Positions 59,474 through 64,000 of a DNA stretch of 64,000 bases are shown here, one piece after another; the first letter of the stretch is position 1, and each line of letters begins with the position of its first letter. This DNA is from the human T2T-CHM13v2.0 reference genome, Homo sapiens: NCBI RefSeq assembly GCF_009914755.1, contig NC_060926.1. One strand, given 5' to 3'. The translations under genes were made by a program, and so were the position numbers. The notes below the pieces were generated by a model, which worked only from the letters and a program-made list of their open reading frames with translations, had not been told where the DNA came from and ran no database searches.

Positions 59474-59828
59474 TGTCTTAGTCCGTTTGGGCTGCTGTAA
59501 CAAAAGTACCGTAAATGGGTGGTTTACAAACAAAAGAAAATTTATTTACCATGTTTCTGTAGGCTGATAAGTCCAAGGTCAAGGTGCCGGCAGATTTGGT
59601 GTCTGGCGAGGGTCCATTGGATAGCATTTTCTCTCTGTGCTCTCACATGGTAGATGCGGCGAACAAGCTGCCTCAGGTCTGTTTTAGAAAGGCATTAATC
59701 CTAATCATGAGAGTGGAGCCTTCATGACCTAATCACCTCCCAAAGGCTCTACCTCTTAATACCATCACATTGGAAATTAGGTTGCAACCTATGAATTTGG
59801 GGGGAATACAAACATTCACACCATGGTT
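59474..59828 (-). mobile_element. MLT1A0-like solo LTR
   Basis: tgtcttagtccgtttgggctgctgtaacaaa...aagtccaaggtcaaggtgccggcagatttggtgtctgg...taataccatcacattgg; TSD ctacc. Confidence 0.92.
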
Positions 59829-60807
59829 CTACCTTTTGTATTAAAAAAGAGATATAAAAATGTATCTTATGATTTCAAAAAAAGCAATTTAAGGATAAGC
59901 TGAAAACTAACAAATATGCTTACTGTTAGGAAAAGAAAAAATAGGGGATATAGATGTTTTTGGATATAGAGTCTCTTGGTAGTATGATATATTGTAATAT
60001 GTTATAGCTGTGGATTTGAAATTACGTAAATATTTTCTGAAATTAAACAAAAAGAACAATTTTTATAAATAAAAAGCAAATAGACTGAATTTTATGTCAA
60101 GTTGGTGAGATAACTATATAGATAAGTAATATTTCAAGTGACTTTAAAATACAGCCTTTCATTCTCAGTGGGATATATCTAAGGACAAAAGGACTGCATC
60201 GCATAGTCCTATTGTAGCAATAAAACTGGTATGTCATTTTGAATGATAACATTGGTATGTATGATAAAGTGAATAAACAAAAAAGTCAATGTCACTCAGC
60301 ACAGGTGAAAAATATATAAATAGAAAATAAACGTTTTAAGTATAAATCTTACAATGTTCAATTTGAATCTGAATTATCACCATGAACTCATTTTTTTCTA
60401 AAAATGCACTTTTCCTATTTCCTTGCCCTGCACACTTAAAAGTTGTAAAAGAGTGACAATTCAGTAGCAATAAATGCCTTGTACTCATATTGTGCTCTTT
60501 ATAAATGCTTTTCTACTCAAAGAATTCAGAGCTTTTTAGAAAAATGGCTAATTCTAAGTCTGGGCCTGGAAATATATTCTCAATCCTGGTTCATGTGACA
60601 GAAGACAGGAAAGCTACTAAAGATGACAGGGTTGTGCCAAAAGAATGTAGGATGCAATTTGAAGGATTTCCACTGGCCAAAGTTGGGACAATTTGAACAT
60701 TATAAAGATAACAACTAAAATTTCTTAAATTTTTAAAATTTCATAAGTCTTTAATGATATAAATAAAACAAAATGAAACATTAGCCATTGACGGTTGCTA
60801 CAACACC

Positions 60808-60981
60808 AACTAATTCTGAAAATATCAAAATAAAAGGTAAAAAAATAAGCATTTAGCCTGTCTCTCCTGTACACACACTGTATTTCAAGATAACTAATTC
60901 TGAAAATATCAAAATAAAAGGTAAAAAAATAAGCATTTAGCCTGTCTCTCCTGTACACACACTATATTTCAAGATAACTAA
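60808..60981. repeat. Tandem duplication, 84-bp unit x2
   Basis: Copies at 60808-60891 and 60892-60975 differ at one base (G60880/A60964). Confidence 0.97.
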
Positions 60982-61466
60982 ATAGTTGATAAGAAAAAAA
61001 TCTCTTTAGAAGAATTCCAGCCAACAAATGCAGAAGAAATAATAAAATTACACAATCATCATTTTGCAACTCCTAAAGAAATAATGGATTGAGGCAATTA
61101 TTATTCAAGGTTCTTAAAACCATTAGGTGAAAGGTTGATGGGACGTTTAATAAAGGATGGATCAGGATGACACTGGAACCAACTGATCAGTCTTAACATG
61201 ATTATAAGTGGGATAATCAGACATTCTGCCCCTTCTGATGTAATACAATAGGAAGTATACAGTACAACCTTTAAAACTGAATGTGCATTTTATTAAATCA
61301 CTAGATCTAATTACCAGTTTACATAACATAGATGGGATATGGGAACATTTTAAATGACTCCGTAAGGATACAATCAGATAGAATCCTACAGAATGTGGGG
61401 AAATCCTACAGGACCAACAGCTCCCTCCATCCCACTCTCCCTTTTGTTTAAACAAATAAATGGCAT

Positions 61467-61892
61467 TGCTAAAGTAAATTAAAATGAGTCCAGGCCTGAA
61501 GAATCTTCAAGCAGACAAAGCCAGTTAGGCCTCATAAGTGAGCTTAACCTTGCTTGATTTGCAAAGATAAGCAAGACTTAACTTGGGTTATTTCTTGTAA
61601 ATACCAGTACTAAAGAAAAATGAAACTTAAGGCTAATCAACCAGAAGCCACACACTAACATATAATTAGGGGCTTTCTAGTAGGACAGACCAAATAAGGC
61701 AGCTGTATAACTGTAACCAATCACATATTTTCTTTGCTTTATTTCTGTGTTCAGCCTATAAAAGCCTTTCTCTTGTGTCCCCTCATGGAAGACCCCAAAG
61801 CACTTACAGTTTGAAGCTGCGTCATTTATGAATTGTTGTTTGTTCAAGTATACTCTTTAAAATTATTTTACGCCTTAGTTTACCTTTTAACA
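61467..61892 (+). mobile_element. ERV1 solo LTR (MER57-like)
   Basis: TG...CA ends (tgctaaagtaaattaaaatg...ccttttaaca); exact 4-bp TSD GCAT; CCAAT and TATAAAA in U3. Confidence 0.85.
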
Positions 61893-64000
61893 GCATGGGC
61901 AAAGTAAAATAAAGGAAGGGGAAAATATTATAGATAAGATTCTAGGAGACATAAGGGTGAAATTCAATGTGTGTTCCTTGTTTAGATCCTGATGAAAATA
62001 AATCAATAAAAGACATATTTGAAACAATAAAAGCAAAATTAACATAGACTAAACATTAAATGATTTCAAGGAATTATTGTTGGACATATTGCTAGTATTG
62101 TGATTATGTTTTGAAAAAGGAAGTTCTTAATACTGAGAGATACATCTATCCTGATGGGAAAAATAGAATGGTGCCTGGGATTTGCTTTAAATACTGAGAA
62201 AAAAAATGAAGTTACTGGGCATGGATCAAACAAAATGGCAGCGCATTGTTAATTGTTGAAGCTGGGTGATAGGTAAATGAAGATTTCTTATATTATTTAT
62301 ATTTATTCTAATATTTATATCAACATTTGTATTTATACATAATTTATAGATTAATAGACTTACTATTAGGATGTGTTTGGCAACATAGTTGAGAAAGGGG
62401 TAAAGGGGGGTAGAATGCACTTTAATTGAAGAAAATAAACAGTTCACTGAACCAAGAAAAAAAAGTATGAGATTTTACTTTCTTCTCAAGTAAAGCTTTA
62501 TGGGTTCAAATTAGTTTACCTTTGGCACAACTTAATTTAAGCCCAAAACACTTACAAGTGTAAAGGTTTCTTTGATGTTATGACTCTCACCGGATTCTGT
62601 GTTGATGTGTAAAAAGCAATGAATCTGAATGAAGGCAAAATAGGTAGATTTAAGTGCCCATTAAACATGCTCTTTACAAGTAAAGGATTCGTGGTTAGAA
62701 AAAATGTTTTACCTTTCAGGTACTTGCAGGAAAAAAATGTGTGAATATAAGTTATTACATTTTAGAAGGAGTTGATGGAATTCAAAACATTTCAGAACCT
62801 AAATTTGTGAAGAACACGCATACATCCCTTTGGGATCCAAAATAACTGGATTTTAAAAGTGAAGTGATTCTGGTAAGCAAGGATAAATAGTTTAAACCAT
62901 GTGGCCATATGCCAGTTGACGCCCAAACTCTGATACCAACTTCATTCTAATCCCGAGAGGGATAGTGGATTTTTCAGCAATGAGAGCCCACAAATCTATG
63001 ACTTATTACTGTTTGATACCACAGTTACCTATGCCTTGCCTACCTTCACAGTGGGCAGGTACTGCTGGCTGACCACCCAGAAGCCCCAGCTGCTAGGATG
63101 GGTTGGTGGCAGGGCTGAGGCCGTGGCTACCTTCCGGCAGAACCTTGGGAGCCAGCGCCTCCTTCGCCCTGGCTTGTGATAGGAGGTACAACTCAGGATC
63201 TTAAAAGCCATGCAAGGCCGCTGTATGAGCAATGGTCTCTTTCCAATACCTGTTGGTTTATGTCCATCTGTTGAGTGGGATAAATAAATTGGCTTTGGTC
63301 TGCCTGCCTGCCTGATAGTTTTAGTTACCTGAATGCAAAAAGCTTTATTTTCATCATAAAATAGGAGTGCGGGCAAGGTTTGAGAGGTATAGCTGAGTGT
63401 AAACAAGTACACCAATCCCACATACATAGTCGGTAGATCAGCATAGATTCCAGACAGCCAGGCAGAAACATGTTCAGAAGTGAGTATGATGGGCCCAGAA
63501 GTCTTATCTTTACAACTCCTGTTTCTCTGACTGTGGCCTTCGTTTCTTCTCTTTACTATGCTTGGAAGGCTTTACCACTTGTGCTTAGCCTTACATTTTC
63601 CTGTGCCTACGGGTGGAAATCCAGTTAATACAAATAGTTTGATGGGGAAAAATGGTTTTATGCCTGAAAATGGAAAAAAACATGTAAATGTATGGGAAGC
63701 AAGCTTATAGAAAAACCACTTTATTCCTGCTGAAAGGCATGGTGGAAAATGTGATGACCAGGATTATTCCAGGAAGAATTTCCAAGCCAGTTTTTAAAAT
63801 GTGAACCGTGGATAAGATGGTTGATTTCTGGTCAATGATTTCAGAAGTTATTCCCAAAGATTTCATGGATAACCTGAAAATTATCTTTAAAAATAAAGTA
63901 AGTGCCAGATTGACACAACAGGAATCTTGCTGACTACCCTAAATTTGCTCTTGAGGGAACAGATACTATAATTGTCATGACCTTGAGGTAGCTAAGGAGG

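Larger units (their letters stand above)
58395..62330 (+). mobile_element. Ancient L1M (MC/MD/ME-type) ORF2 end and long 3' UTR, with nested LTRs
   Basis: tggaacagaatagaaaatctagaaata; ggataaattccaaata; catacattgctggggagaatgcaaaatggcacaa; taattgttgaagctgggtgatagg. Confidence 0.8.

Noticed and set aside
60808-60981. Repeat considered as a CRISPR-like array
   Set aside because: Two adjacent copies with no spacers, no cas genes and a eukaryotic context
62719-62877. Possible + strand coding exon (GVDGIQNISEPKFVKN...)
   Set aside because: In-frame stop before the donor and no recognisable homology; at most non-coding

Overview
Primate, almost certainly human, AT-rich non-coding DNA from an intron or intergenic region. 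I found no supportable protein-coding gene, RNA gene or CRISPR array. The listed ORFs are best explained as Alu-, L1- or LTR-derived, or as chance frames. The window is a mosaic of transposable elements. It holds about 21 Alu/FLAM copies, most with target-site duplications (TSDs), and a near full-length MSTA-type MaLR provirus nested in an L1MB fragment. It also has solo LTRs (THE1, MLT1, MLT2, LTR33, MER41, MER57-like), L1 3' fragments, L2 and MIR relics, and DNA transposon remnants (Tigger3/MER7, MER2, MER5, MER20, MER58, Charlie/MER33). Subfamily names are from recalled consensus sequences and need RepeatMasker/Dfam confirmation. The most notable items are a short polyadenylated mRNA 3'-UTR retrocopy (~39.9-40.1 kb), a twin-primed 5'-inverted L1PA (~44.9-45.2 kb) and a near-perfect 84-bp tandem duplication (~60.8-61.0 kb). 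Also notable are a CpG-retaining putative promoter/enhancer with a minus-strand splice donor (~22.9-25.6 kb), candidate small exons, and LTRs retaining DUX4-, STAT- or TATA-type motifs. I see no convincing evidence of a wholly new biological system, and I could not identify the host locus.
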